Below are positions 29,940 to 39,045 of a DNA stretch of 64,000 nt, piece by piece. Under the pieces are notes generated by a model. It was not told the origin of the DNA. It saw nothing but the letters and a program-made list of their open reading frames with translations, and did not search any database. The first letter of the stretch is position 1, and each line of letters starts with the position of its first letter. The stretch covers positions 60,617-124,616 of the forward strand of contig JAWOBF010000059.1 in NCBI GenBank assembly GCA_046498225.1, given 5' to 3'. The position numbers and the translations under genes were made by a program. This stretch comes from Candidatus Aegiribacteria sp. Its GTDB lineage: Bacteria; Fermentibacterota; Fermentibacteria; Fermentibacterales; JCC-6.

Positions 29940-30844
29940 TCAGCCAGCTGGTTGGTGGAAAGGTAGAATTCCATCCTGGAATCGATATCATCCCGCGTTA
30001 TCTCCCTGAGTTTCTCGACTCCGAAACCGCTGCAGGCGAAGCTGGCGTTGACCGCGCCGTAGGCCAGTCCCCTCTTCATGCTCTGGAAATCGAGCTCGCT
30101 GTCGCTTCCGGACAGGTAGCCCAGAAGTCCCGAAGCGAAGGTATCGCCTGCCCCGGTAGGGTCTATCACCCTGCCCAGAGGATAGGCGGGAAGGATGAAG
30201 GGTACATCCCCCCCGAAGATAACCGCTCCGCCCGGACCCAGCTTCACCACGGCGTAGCGGGGCCCTGTGGTCAGAATGAAGGAAGCGGCATCGAAGAGGT
30301 TGAGCTCCCCGGAGATCATCAGGGCTTCGGTGGAATTGACTATCACTATGTCCGCCCTGGCGAAGACATCCAGGACCCTCTCCCGCTGCTGGTCTATCCA
30401 GAGGTTCATGGTGTCCACGGCCACCCATCGGGGGTTCCGGACCTGTTCCAGGACCTCCAGCTGAAGCACCGGGTCTATGTTGGCCAGGAAGATGCAGGGG
30501 GTGTTGACGTAATCCTCGGGCAGTATGGGCCGAAAGCTGGCGAAAACTCCCAGTTCGGTGCGCACGGTCCTCACGTCTCCGAATTCCGGTCCGTATACAC
30601 CCTCCCAGCGGAAGGTGGGACCCTGCCCGGTGGTGATGCCCCGGACGTCTATCCTTCTCTCCGCCAGGAACCGCTTCTCAGAAACGGGAAAATCCGGTCC
30701 CACGACCCCCACCGCCTTCACCACATCGTAGCAGCCCGCTCCCAGGGAAAAATAGACGGCGGACCCTCCCAGCGTCTCCTCAACCTTTCCCGCCGGAGTA
30801 GTAATAGTATCAAGAGCTACAGAGCCTACGACCAGTAATGCCAT
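29927..30844 (-). CDS. PfkB family carbohydrate kinase
   Basis: VVGSVALD, LGGSA, FLANIDP, DTMNLWI and DPTGAGDTFA motifs. Confidence 0.9.
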   Translation of the reverse strand: MALLVVGSVALDTITTPAGKVEETLGGSAVYFSLGAGCYDVVKAVGVVGPDFPVSEKRFLAERRIDVRGITTGQGPTFRWEGVYGPEFGDVRTVRTELGVFASFRPILPEDYVNTPCIFLANIDPVLQLEVLEQVRNPRWVAVDTMNLWIDQQRERVLDVFARADIVIVNSTEALMISGELNLFDAASFILTTGPRYAVVKLGPGGAVIFGGDVPFILPAYPLGRVIDPTGAGDTFASGLLGYLSGSDSELDFQSMKRGLAYGAVNASFACSGFGVEKLREITRDDIDSRMEFYLSTNQLAECRI

Positions 30845-30877
30845 TGTTCAACCAATCCGTCTATTCGTTAATGGGTT

Positions 30878-32596
30878 CTACATTCTCTCGGGAGCTTCCA
30901 CGCCCAGTATTTCCAGAATGCCGCTTATGCATTCCCTGCATGACTCGCACAGCATCAGTCTGGCTGATGACAGCAGGGGACGGCGGACGTCCACCACTCT
31001 CACATGCTGGTAGAAACGGTGAAAACCGGTAGCCAGCTCCGCCAGCATCTCCGTCAGCCTGTGGGGCTCCATGGATCCGGCCGCGGCAGCCACCTGTACC
31101 GGGACCGACTCAAGCAGCCGCATCAGCTCCCTCTCGTGCTCTCCGTCCAGCAGAGCTGCGATATCCCCGGCGCTCCCCCGGTGCGCCCGCACTCCCGCTT
31201 CCTCCGCGGTGCGCAGAATGCCGGAGATCCTGGCGTGGGCGTACTGCACGTAGTAGACCGGGTTCTCGCTGGATTCCTTCCTGGCCAGGTCCAGGTCGAA
31301 GTCCATGTGGGCCTCCGCCCTTCTGGTGAGGAACAGGTACCTGGTCACGTCCGGGGAACCGGCTTCCGCAACCAGCTGGGCCAGGGTCACGTACTCACCG
31401 GCCCGGGTGGACATCTTGACCCGCTCTCCGCCCCTGAGGAGCGTCACGAACTGATGCAGGACCACCCTGAGCCTGTTCGAAACCTCCGCCTCTCCCAGCA
31501 GAGCCTTCAGGGCCGCCGTCACGTCCCTGCTGGTGTCCAGGTGATCGGCCCCGAAGACGTCGACGATGAGATGGAACCCCCTTCGGAACTTGTTCAGATG
31601 GTAGGCTATGTCCGGCATCCGGTAGGTATAGCTGCCGTCCGCCCTTCGAATGACCCTGTCCCGGGGTCTGCCGAGGGCGGTGAAACGGAGCCACAGCTTG
31701 CGGGGGTCTTCCGGGTCACGTTGAATGAGGCTCCGGCCGTCGGGGTGAACAATCGACAGCTCCTCTATGGCCCGTTCCACATCCCCGGGGATGAGTTCGC
31801 TCTCGGCGAAGTACCTGTCGAAATCGATTCCCAGCAGGGCCAGGTCCGACCGGATCATTTCCATCGCCTTCTCCTCGGCGAAGGCGATGAAGGTGTCCCT
31901 GTCCTCCCGCCAGTTCAGTCCGCCTCCACGGACCTCCCCGAGCTCCCGGGCCCACCGGGTCAGGTATTCGCCCCTGTAACCGCCCTCGGGTATCTCTTCG
32001 TCCCCGCCGCCGCTGTACCTGGCCGCCAGGGACTCGCCGAGGAGCTTCATCTGCCTTCCGCCGTCGTTGTAGTAATACTCCCTGTTCACCGACCATCCCA
32101 CCGCCTCCAGCAGCCTGGAGACGGCGTCGCCCAGCACCGCCTGCCTGCAGTGGCCCACGGTGAGCGGTCCGGTGGGATTGGAACTGACGAACTCCACCAG
32201 GGCGGTCCTTCCTCTCCCCATGTCGGGAAGGAGGGGACCGAGACCGGAATCGGCCAGTGTTCGGCAGGTTCCCGCGAGGTAATCATCTGAGAACCTGAAA
32301 TTGATGAAACCCGGCCCGTCTATGCTGGGGGCAGCCACTCCCGGCAGGTCATCGCCGCACTTCTCCACTATCCTGCGGGCTATCTCCCGTGGAGCGGCCC
32401 TGACCATGCCCGCCAGAACCATCGCCGCGCTGCAGGACAGGTCACCGAAATCCAGGTTGTCCGAAGATGAGACCTCCGGATGGAAATCCACGTGTACAGA
32501 ATCCCCCCAGATGGCCCTTACAGCCTCCTCCAGCTGCCTCGAAAGCTCAGTCCGCAGTCCGGCCGGACTCTTCATCCCCTGGCTCTCCATGGTCAT
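30878..32596 (-). CDS. argS: Arginine--tRNA ligase
   Basis: GPGFINF, VEFVSSNPTGPLTVGH, EYYYND, GADH, KMSTRAG, NPVYYVQYAHAR motifs and C-terminal APERM. Confidence 0.96.
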   Translation of the reverse strand: MTMESQGMKSPAGLRTELSRQLEEAVRAIWGDSVHVDFHPEVSSSDNLDFGDLSCSAAMVLAGMVRAAPREIARRIVEKCGDDLPGVAAPSIDGPGFINFRFSDDYLAGTCRTLADSGLGPLLPDMGRGRTALVEFVSSNPTGPLTVGHCRQAVLGDAVSRLLEAVGWSVNREYYYNDGGRQMKLLGESLAARYSGGGDEEIPEGGYRGEYLTRWARELGEVRGGGLNWREDRDTFIAFAEEKAMEMIRSDLALLGIDFDRYFAESELIPGDVERAIEELSIVHPDGRSLIQRDPEDPRKLWLRFTALGRPRDRVIRRADGSYTYRMPDIAYHLNKFRRGFHLIVDVFGADHLDTSRDVTAALKALLGEAEVSNRLRVVLHQFVTLLRGGERVKMSTRAGEYVTLAQLVAEAGSPDVTRYLFLTRRAEAHMDFDLDLARKESSENPVYYVQYAHARISGILRTAEEAGVRAHRGSAGDIAALLDGEHERELMRLLESVPVQVAAAAGSMEPHRLTEMLAELATGFHRFYQHVRVVDVRRPLLSSARLMLCESCRECISGILEILGVEAPERM

Positions 32597-32930
32597 CGTA
32601 ATCGATCCTGGGCACGTCGCTCCAGAGCATTTCCAGGTTGTAGTATTCCCTGGTCCCGGGCAGGAACACGTGGACCACCAGGTCCACGAAATCGAGAAGT
32701 ATCCAGTTCCCTTCCTCGTATCCCTCTATATGGTGCTTCCTGAAACCGCTGCTCTTCGCCGTCTCCTCCACGTGGTCGGCGATGGCCCTGGCCTGTATCG
32801 GGTTCTCCGCGGTGGCCAGCAGGAACGCCTCCATCGTCAGGGGGACCGCGCTCATGTCCAGCGCTACCACACCGCTTCCGTGTCTCTCGTGAATGGCCTC
32901 CGCCAGAGTATCAAGAATATCCGTGGACAA
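32547..32930 (-). CDS. rsfS: Ribosome silencing factor
   Basis: EGYEEGNWILLDFVDLVVHVF...REYYNLEMLW. Confidence 0.92.
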   Translation of the reverse strand: MSTDILDTLAEAIHERHGSGVVALDMSAVPLTMEAFLLATAENPIQARAIADHVEETAKSSGFRKHHIEGYEEGNWILLDFVDLVVHVFLPGTREYYNLEMLWSDVPRIDYDDHGEPGDEESGRTAD

Positions 32931-32948
32931 GTAACACCTCCATGCAGT

Positions 32949-33452
32949 TCATTCCGTCTGTTCGCTCTCCGGTATCTCTCCGCTTACGTCCCGGCCCAGG
33001 CAAACCGTAACCTCCACTTCCGCCCCTCCGGCCGGTGGGACCTCCCAGACCATCCGATCCTCCGGCACTCCCAGTATGGAGGCCACCACGGCCGCCGACG
33101 ACAGGTCCGGAACGTGAGATATCACCACCGTCTCTTCGTAGGGTTTCTCCGCCGCGTCCCCGGGATCGAAGGGCGCGAGTATCACCGTTGAATCCGAGGA
33201 TGACCTGAGGAGCATCCGCTGGGTCCTTCCGGCCAGTCCGTCTATGTAGGTTCCGTTCAGGACCAGTACCCTCACTGTGTCTGGAATGGTCAGCTCGGGC
33301 GCTTCCGGCAGGTCAGCCGTGTCCGGCGCCGCGGCGGTCTCCTCCTCCGGGGCGTCCGCGCCGGGTGGCGGTACCAGTATGGTTACCGCCACCACCGCGA
33401 TGGCCAGGCCCGCTATCACCCATCTCCAGGGGAAATTTCCCGCCGATGCCAT
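32949..33452 (-). CDS. Membrane-anchored LytR C-terminal domain protein
   Basis: N-terminal TM, VRVLVLNGTYIDGLAG and VTVCLGRD motifs; typical position upstream of rsfS. Confidence 0.75.
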   Translation of the reverse strand: MASAGNFPWRWVIAGLAIAVVAVTILVPPPGADAPEEETAAAPDTADLPEAPELTIPDTVRVLVLNGTYIDGLAGRTQRMLLRSSSDSTVILAPFDPGDAAEKPYEETVVISHVPDLSSAAVVASILGVPEDRMVWEVPPAGGAEVEVTVCLGRDVSGEIPESEQTE

Positions 33453-33453
33453 C

Positions 33454-33948
33454 TCAGCTCCCTTCCACGGAGAAGAAGGGGCCCAGCCTGCGGTAGCTGT
33501 CCTCCAGGGAGGCGGAGAGTACCCTGGTCTCCCCCACCGTTGTCATGAAATTCGTATCGCCGGACCACCGGGGAAGCATGTGAAAATGAATATGACCCTC
33601 TATACCGGCCCCGGCGCATCCTCCGAGGTTCCATCCCCCGTTCATCCCCATGCATTCCATCCCCTCCGCCAGGGCCCTCTCGCACCTGGCCAGAATACCT
33701 GGAAGGGTTTTCAGCTCCCGGTCGGTAAGACCGGCCAGGTCCGGAACGTGCCTCAGAGGAACTATCATCAGGTGGCCGTTTATGTAGGGAAATCGGTTCA
33801 GAACGACGAAGAAATCCTTCTCCCGATGAAGAACGAAGTTTTCCCTGTCATTTTCACGACTCGCCCCGATATCGCACAGCACGCATCCCTCTTCAGTACC
33901 GGTGGCGGTTACGTAATCGCTCCTCCATGGGGCTCTCAGATGCTTCAC
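33454..33948 (-). CDS. HIT family hydrolase (FHIT/Ap4A-like)
   Basis: LRAPWR, CVLC, LNRFPYINGHLM and AGAGIEGHIHFHMLPRWSGDTNFM motifs. GTG start overlaps the glmU stop. Confidence 0.9.
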   Translation of the reverse strand: MKHLRAPWRSDYVTATGTEEGCVLCDIGASRENDRENFVLHREKDFFVVLNRFPYINGHLMIVPLRHVPDLAGLTDRELKTLPGILARCERALAEGMECMGMNGGWNLGGCAGAGIEGHIHFHMLPRWSGDTNFMTTVGETRVLSASLEDSYRRLGPFFSVEGS

Positions 33949-34901
33949 GGGGCTCCCTCCCAGCCTATGACCGTATGCGGTCGCAGGACCGCGCCCGCGG
34001 GCACGTTCCCGTTTATGACCACACAGCCGTCGCCCACCGTGCAGCCGTCTCCCAGCCTGGTGGAGCCGGACAGCCTGACCCATCTTCCGATGGAAACCCC
34101 CGACCCAATGGAAACCGATTCCTCTATCCAGACGCTGCGGGGGTCCGGCAGCTCCACTCCGGCCAGCATGTGGGACTCCACCACCCGACCGCGGAGGCAC
34201 TCCGTTGCGTCCGCCAGCTGGACCCTGTTGTTCACGCCGGAAACCTCCCTGTGATCCGGGGCCTCCACCGCGACGCAGGCCAGCCCCCTGCGGGAAGCCG
34301 CTTTCACGGCATCGGTCAGGTAATACTCGTTCTGGTCGTTGTCGGTTCCTATAGCTTCCAGAAGTCCGGGCAGCACGCTGCCGTCGAAGGACATAAGGCC
34401 GGTGTTGATCTCGTCAATTGCCCTCTGTTCAGCCGTGCAGTCCCTGTCCTCCACTATGGCGGAGATAAGCCGGTCCTTCCGGACTACTCTGCCGTAGCCG
34501 GAGGGATCGGGCAGGCGGGTGGTGAGCACGGCCATGGCCGCCCCGGCGTTCCTCCTCGAATCCTCCAGCATCGCAACGGTGGATGCCCTGAGAAGAGGCA
34601 CATCGCCCAGAAGGACGGTGACACTTTCAGCGGTAATTCCTCTGAGACCGCATTTCACCGCGTGAGCGGTACCCAGCTGCTCCTCCTGTACGGCCCATTC
34701 GACATTCTCCCTCTCCAGAAGAGGGATTACGTCCTCCCTTCCGTGACCGACCACAACCACGGGGTTCTCCATCCCGGCGGCCTTCGCCTGCCTTACAACC
34801 CGCAGGACCATGGGAACTCCCAGGACCGGATGGAGGACCTTGGGAAGGGGGGATTTCATCCTCTTCCCCTGCCCGGCGGCCAGTATTACGCAGGCTGTCA
34901 T
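33945..34901 (-). CDS. glmU: GlmU-like UDP-GlcNAc pyrophosphorylase with truncated hexapeptide domain
   Basis: ILAAGQGKRMKS..PKVLH, QEEQLGTAHAV, GDVPLL, GYGRVVR, EINTG, NEYYLTD and GVNNR motifs; only 318 aa. Confidence 0.85.
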   Translation of the reverse strand: MTACVILAAGQGKRMKSPLPKVLHPVLGVPMVLRVVRQAKAAGMENPVVVVGHGREDVIPLLERENVEWAVQEEQLGTAHAVKCGLRGITAESVTVLLGDVPLLRASTVAMLEDSRRNAGAAMAVLTTRLPDPSGYGRVVRKDRLISAIVEDRDCTAEQRAIDEINTGLMSFDGSVLPGLLEAIGTDNDQNEYYLTDAVKAASRRGLACVAVEAPDHREVSGVNNRVQLADATECLRGRVVESHMLAGVELPDPRSVWIEESVSIGSGVSIGRWVRLSGSTRLGDGCTVGDGCVVINGNVPAGAVLRPHTVIGWEGAP

Positions 34902-35257
34902 ACGTCCAGCAGCCTGGGATTCCTGTTCCCGTCGTCCGCCACCACGACCCTGGGCGACGGGGGGGATTCACTGCCGTCCACCCATACGAACTGCAGGATT
35001 ATTGCCCTGTCTCCCGGATGGACCAGCCTTGCGGCCGCGCCGTTTATGCATATGGTCCCGCTGCCCGGCTCACCCTCGAGGACGTAGGTCTCGAACCGTT
35101 CGCCGCTCTCCAGGTCAGCCACCAGGACCCTCTCCCCCGGCAGAATGCCTGAAAGCCGGAGCAGGTCGGCGTCTATGGTTATAGACCCGACGTAATCGAG
35201 GTCGGCCCCGGTTATTACCATTCTATGAAGTTTCGCTCCAAGAAAGCACCTGTGCAA
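34898..35257 (-). CDS. panD: Aspartate 1-decarboxylase
   Basis: AKLHR..ITGADLDYVG/SITID, GERFETY and INGAAARL motifs. TTG start at 35257 with GAAGGAG RBS. Confidence 0.93.
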   Translation of the reverse strand: MHRCFLGAKLHRMVITGADLDYVGSITIDADLLRLSGILPGERVLVADLESGERFETYVLEGEPGSGTICINGAAARLVHPGDRAIILQFVWVDGSESPPSPRVVVADDGNRNPRLLDV

Positions 35258-35270
35258 GATATCTCCTTCC

Positions 35271-36134
35271 TCAGGAATCCCCGGTTTCCAGGATGACATT
35301 ATCGATAAGCCGCGTACTGCCGAAATATACAGCAACCGCCAGCAGACCGTGTGGGTGGAGCGAATCCAGGGGCTCCATGGTGTCCGGGTCCACAAGCTGA
35401 ACGTACTGCAATTTTGCCAGGGGAACTTCCCGGATCACTCTCTCCGTCTCACGGACTATCCTGTCCGCTCGGGACTCGCCTCCGCGCGCCATTTCCCGGG
35501 CCTTCCGAAGCGCCCTGTACAACACCGGCGCCTGGGACCTCTCCTCCTCCGACAGGTAGGAGTTGCGCGAGCTCAGGGCCAGTCCGTCCGGCTCCCTGAC
35601 CGTCTCCCCCGCCACTATCCTGATACCCATCCTCAGGTCCCGGACCATTCTCCTTATCACCGCCAGCTGCTGGGCGTCCTTCCTGCCGAACACGGCCAGG
35701 TCGGGCCGGATGATGCCGAAAAGTATCGAGCACACGGTGGCAACCCCGTCGAAATGCCCCTTCCTGTACCCTCCGCAGAGGTTCTCCGTCAGCCCCGCCA
35801 CACGCACCGTGGTGGAGTGACCGGGAGGATATATCTCACTGACGGAGGGTAGGAACACGCAATGGACCCCGGCCTTCCCGAGGCTTTCCAGGTCGCTGTC
35901 CACCGTCCGCGGATAGCTTTCAAGGTCCTCACCGGGTCCGAACTGGGCGGGGTTCACGAAAATGGATACCACAACCCTGTCGGCCTCTTCCATGGCAAGC
36001 TCCACCAGGCTCAGGTGGCCCCTGTGGAGAGCTCCCATTGTGGGGACGAACCCCACCGTGAGCTTCTCCTTCCGCCAGGGGCGGAGAATGCCCTCCAGCT
36101 GTTCGGATGTCCCGGCCACCACCGGGGGCGTCAA
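35271..36134 (-). CDS. panC: Pantoate--beta-alanine ligase
   Basis: GFVPTMGALHRGH, SIFVNPAQF, GHFDGV, FGRKDAQQ, REPDGLALSSRN and RLIDN motifs. Confidence 0.96.
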   Translation of the reverse strand: MTPPVVAGTSEQLEGILRPWRKEKLTVGFVPTMGALHRGHLSLVELAMEEADRVVVSIFVNPAQFGPGEDLESYPRTVDSDLESLGKAGVHCVFLPSVSEIYPPGHSTTVRVAGLTENLCGGYRKGHFDGVATVCSILFGIIRPDLAVFGRKDAQQLAVIRRMVRDLRMGIRIVAGETVREPDGLALSSRNSYLSEEERSQAPVLYRALRKAREMARGGESRADRIVRETERVIREVPLAKLQYVQLVDPDTMEPLDSLHPHGLLAVAVYFGSTRLIDNVILETGDS

Positions 36135-36781
36135 TTCCTTCCTCCCAGCCTGGGGACGAAGCTCTCGATCCCTCCGGTATGTTTGTTGACAGCCTCCAGC
36201 AGGCGGCTGAAATCCTCTCCCTCCCGCCTGAAATCGGCGTGATCGGTGTTGACCACCAGGGTCGGATGCTTCCTGGCCCTGAAGAAGTAATCATTGTAGG
36301 CGTCGGTGAGCTGTTCCAGATATGACCTGCTGATGTCGGTCTCGAAGGGCCTTCCCCGGCTGGATATTCTCCTGAGAAGGGAATCGCAGGAGGCCTGAAG
36401 ATATATGACCAGATCGGGCTGCGGAATGTCCGCCTCCAGCAGGGCGCAGAGCTTTTCGTAGAGGGAGAACTCGTCGTCCTGAAGATTTATGGAGGCGAAT
36501 ATCCTGTCCTTGGCGAACATGTAATCCGCCACGTACTTTCCGCTGAAAAGGTCCAGCTGGGCGAGGTCCTTCTGCTGCCGGTAGCGGCTGAGCATGAAGA
36601 AGAGCTGGGTCTGGAACGCCCAGGCCTTCCGGTTCCTGTAGAACCTGGGAAGGAAGGGGTTCTCCTCCACCTCCTCCAGGACGGTCTCGGCCTTCCAGGC
36701 GGAGGACAGAAGGTTGCACACGGTCGTCTTGCCCACTCCTATGGGGCCCTCCACCACAACGTACCTGAGACGGGAACTCAG
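36131..36781 (-). CDS. Deoxynucleoside kinase
   Basis: VEGPIGVGKTT P-loop, ENPFL..FY, AFQTQLFF, KDRIFA and PDLVIYL motifs. The start is probably the CTG at 36781 (see findings). Confidence 0.9.
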   Translation of the reverse strand: MSSRLRYVVVEGPIGVGKTTVCNLLSSAWKAETVLEEVEENPFLPRFYRNRKAWAFQTQLFFMLSRYRQQKDLAQLDLFSGKYVADYMFAKDRIFASINLQDDEFSLYEKLCALLEADIPQPDLVIYLQASCDSLLRRISSRGRPFETDISRSYLEQLTDAYNDYFFRARKHPTLVVNTDHADFRREGEDFSRLLEAVNKHTGGIESFVPRLGGRN

Positions 36782-36783
36782 CT

Positions 36784-37299
36784 CTATACCTCCCAGAAGC
36801 AGCCCTGCTCGGGCTTATCCCGGACCAGAGACAGATCGCTGTCGTCCGGGCATTTCTTCAGAAGCTCGTCCGGTGTGGCCCCCATTCCCGGGACCTTGCG
36901 GTGCCAGACGTCCGAAAGGGGTTTCAGAACGAATTTCCTTCTTCCTATCGCCGGGTGGGGCAGGGTGAGTTCGGGGTCGTCCCTGCTCTCCGAATTGAAG
37001 AACAGGAGGTCCAGGTCCAGGGTCCTGGGAGCGTTGTTCTTCCTTACCATGGAGCCCATGAGGATCTCCGCCTCCCTGCATTTTCCCTGAAGCTCCTCGG
37101 CGGTCCCGTAGTAGTCCCCGGCCAGGACGCAGTTGTAGAAATCGTCCCCCCGGACGCCATCCATGGGCGGCGATTCGTACACGGCCGACAGGCGAAAGAT
37201 GCCCATCCTGGCCCGGGAGAGCAGGAAACGCACACCTTCGAGGAGATTGTCCATCCTGTTCCCGAGGTTTGTGCCCATTCCCAGCGCGAATTCAGCCAT
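36784..37299 (-). CDS. folK: 2-amino-4-hydroxy-6-hydroxymethyldihydropteridine pyrophosphokinase
   Basis: LGMGTNLGNR, SAVYES.P, FYNCV, PRTLDLDLL, LTLPHP and RKFVLKPL motifs. Confidence 0.93.
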   Translation of the reverse strand: MAEFALGMGTNLGNRMDNLLEGVRFLLSRARMGIFRLSAVYESPPMDGVRGDDFYNCVLAGDYYGTAEELQGKCREAEILMGSMVRKNNAPRTLDLDLLFFNSESRDDPELTLPHPAIGRRKFVLKPLSDVWHRKVPGMGATPDELLKKCPDDSDLSLVRDKPEQGCFWEV

Positions 37300-37654
37300 T
37301 TTCACCTCCCTCTACGGTAAATGACGCGGTTTCGACTTTCAGGCCAACCTGAGGAAAGGGTTTTCTGACGGTCACTCTCCATCGTCCATGGGGATATTCT
37401 GTGGAAAGCATTTCAAGTACGTCCGAAGCCAGTTCCTCAATGTAGTCATACTCGCTGTCCCGGAATGACGCAAGGCACTCGCAGACTTCGGAGTAATCCA
37501 CGGAAAGCCCGTCGGTTACCTTTCCGGTCCAGGAGATGTCCAGGGGAACATCCCTGGCGCTCAGTTTCTCCCGGTCAAGCGAACCGAGCCTGAGCCTGAG
37601 CACTACCCCCGAAAGCTCCAGGGTCCCCCTCACATCATACCTTTCTTCAGCCAT
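37292..37654 (-). CDS. folB: Divergent dihydroneopterin aldolase
   Basis: SVDYSEV, IEELA and VTVRKP motifs; directly upstream of folK; about 120 aa. Confidence 0.7.
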   Translation of the reverse strand: MAEERYDVRGTLELSGVVLRLRLGSLDREKLSARDVPLDISWTGKVTDGLSVDYSEVCECLASFRDSEYDYIEELASDVLEMLSTEYPHGRWRVTVRKPFPQVGLKVETASFTVEGGENG

Positions 37655-38886
37655 GCCTTTATCCTGTGGCTGAAGAGCTGTTTCTGCTCCAGCCTGCCGA
37701 TTGCCTGGTGTATGGATTCCTCCGGAATAGTAAGGGCGAATCTGACGTAGCCCTCCCCGTAGGTCCCGAACCCGCTTCCGGGAGTGACCACGATGCCGGT
37801 ATGGGCGATGAGTTTTCTGGCGAACTGCATCGACTGGGTCTCCCCGGGAAGCCCCACCCAGACGTAGAAGGTGCCCGGTGAGTCGCAGACATCCCATTCC
37901 AGCTTCCGCAGTCCCTCCACCAGGACCTGCCGCCTTCTGGCGTAGATGTCGAAGTAGCCGGATATGTTGGACTTGAGAGCTGTCTCGGCCGCTTTCTGTA
38001 TGGCGGTGAATACTCCCGAGTCAACGTTCTCCTTCGCACCCATGAAAGCCCGTACGAGGTTCAGGCCTCCCACCACGAATCCCACTCTCCAGCCTGTCAT
38101 GTTGAAAGTCTTGGAGAGGCTGTGGAATTCCAGGCATACCTCCCCGGCCCCGGGTATCTGAAGGAAGGAGGCCGGCGGTTTGCCGTCGAACCGGATATGG
38201 CTGTAGGAGTTGTCGCTCACTATCAGCACGTCCTCCCTCCGCGCCCATTCCACGATCTCCTTCATCCGGTCCAGGGTGAGTACGGCGCCTGTGGGATTGT
38301 TGGGATAGTTGAGGAACACAAGCCTGGTGCCGGCTACCACCTCCCTGGAGATACCCTCCAGGTCCGGCACGAACCGGTTCTCCCTGAGAAGGGGCAGGTC
38401 CACAGGTTCGGCGCCTGCCAGTATGGTGGAAGCCCTGTACACGGGGTATCCCGGGTTGGGCACCAGCACCACGTCACCCGGGTTGCAGAAGAATATCGGA
38501 GTGTGCGCGAGCCCTTCCTTGGTTCCCACCACTGCTCCCACGGCCAGTTCCCCGTCGATGGCCACCCCGAACTGCTCCCGCATCCAGCCGGCGGCGGCCT
38601 CCCTGAAGAAGTCGCTTCCCTCTCCTCTGGGGTACCTGTGATACTCCGGCACTCCCACCGCTTTCCTGGCCTCTTCAACGATATGCTCCGGTGTGGGCAG
38701 GTCCGGGTCCCCGATACCGAAATCGATCAGCTCCATTCCCTTCTTCAGGGCCGCTTCCTTCTGCCTGTCTATCTGGGCGAACAGGTAGGGTGGCAGCATG
38801 CTCACCCGCTCCGAGGCCGAAACAACCACCCGTCTGCCCTTGTTCTTCTCCTTCAAGTCAACCTCTTCCCTGCGATGCCGTTTCAT
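37630..38886 (-). CDS. dapL: LL-diaminopimelate aminotransferase-like class I/II aminotransferase
   Basis: LPPYLFA.ID, GIGDPDLPTP, GTKEG, PNPGYPVY, LNYPNNPTG, EFHSLSKTFNMTGWR and GEGYVRFALT motifs. Confidence 0.8.
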   Translation of the reverse strand: MKRHRREEVDLKEKNKGRRVVVSASERVSMLPPYLFAQIDRQKEAALKKGMELIDFGIGDPDLPTPEHIVEEARKAVGVPEYHRYPRGEGSDFFREAAAGWMREQFGVAIDGELAVGAVVGTKEGLAHTPIFFCNPGDVVLVPNPGYPVYRASTILAGAEPVDLPLLRENRFVPDLEGISREVVAGTRLVFLNYPNNPTGAVLTLDRMKEIVEWARREDVLIVSDNSYSHIRFDGKPPASFLQIPGAGEVCLEFHSLSKTFNMTGWRVGFVVGGLNLVRAFMGAKENVDSGVFTAIQKAAETALKSNISGYFDIYARRRQVLVEGLRKLEWDVCDSPGTFYVWVGLPGETQSMQFARKLIAHTGIVVTPGSGFGTYGEGYVRFALTIPEESIHQAIGRLEQKQLFSHRIKAWLKKGMM

Positions 38887-39045
38887 GGGAACTTCCGTCC
38901 TTATTCGAGGTTAATATATGAACTCGGCGCCTTCATCATAAGACCATGGTCGATGCACCGTTGCGCGGCGGTGATGGAAATGTCCCTCGCGTGTTGTTAT
39001 AATCAAACCCGAAACGGAGACTATCATTCACCTGTGGAGGCTGTC

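Noticed and set aside
38122..39045. Apparent 300-aa N-terminal extension of PtrB (1004-aa ORF)
   Set aside because: Overlaps dapL antisense; a good RBS and ATG at 39046 give a normal-length enzyme.
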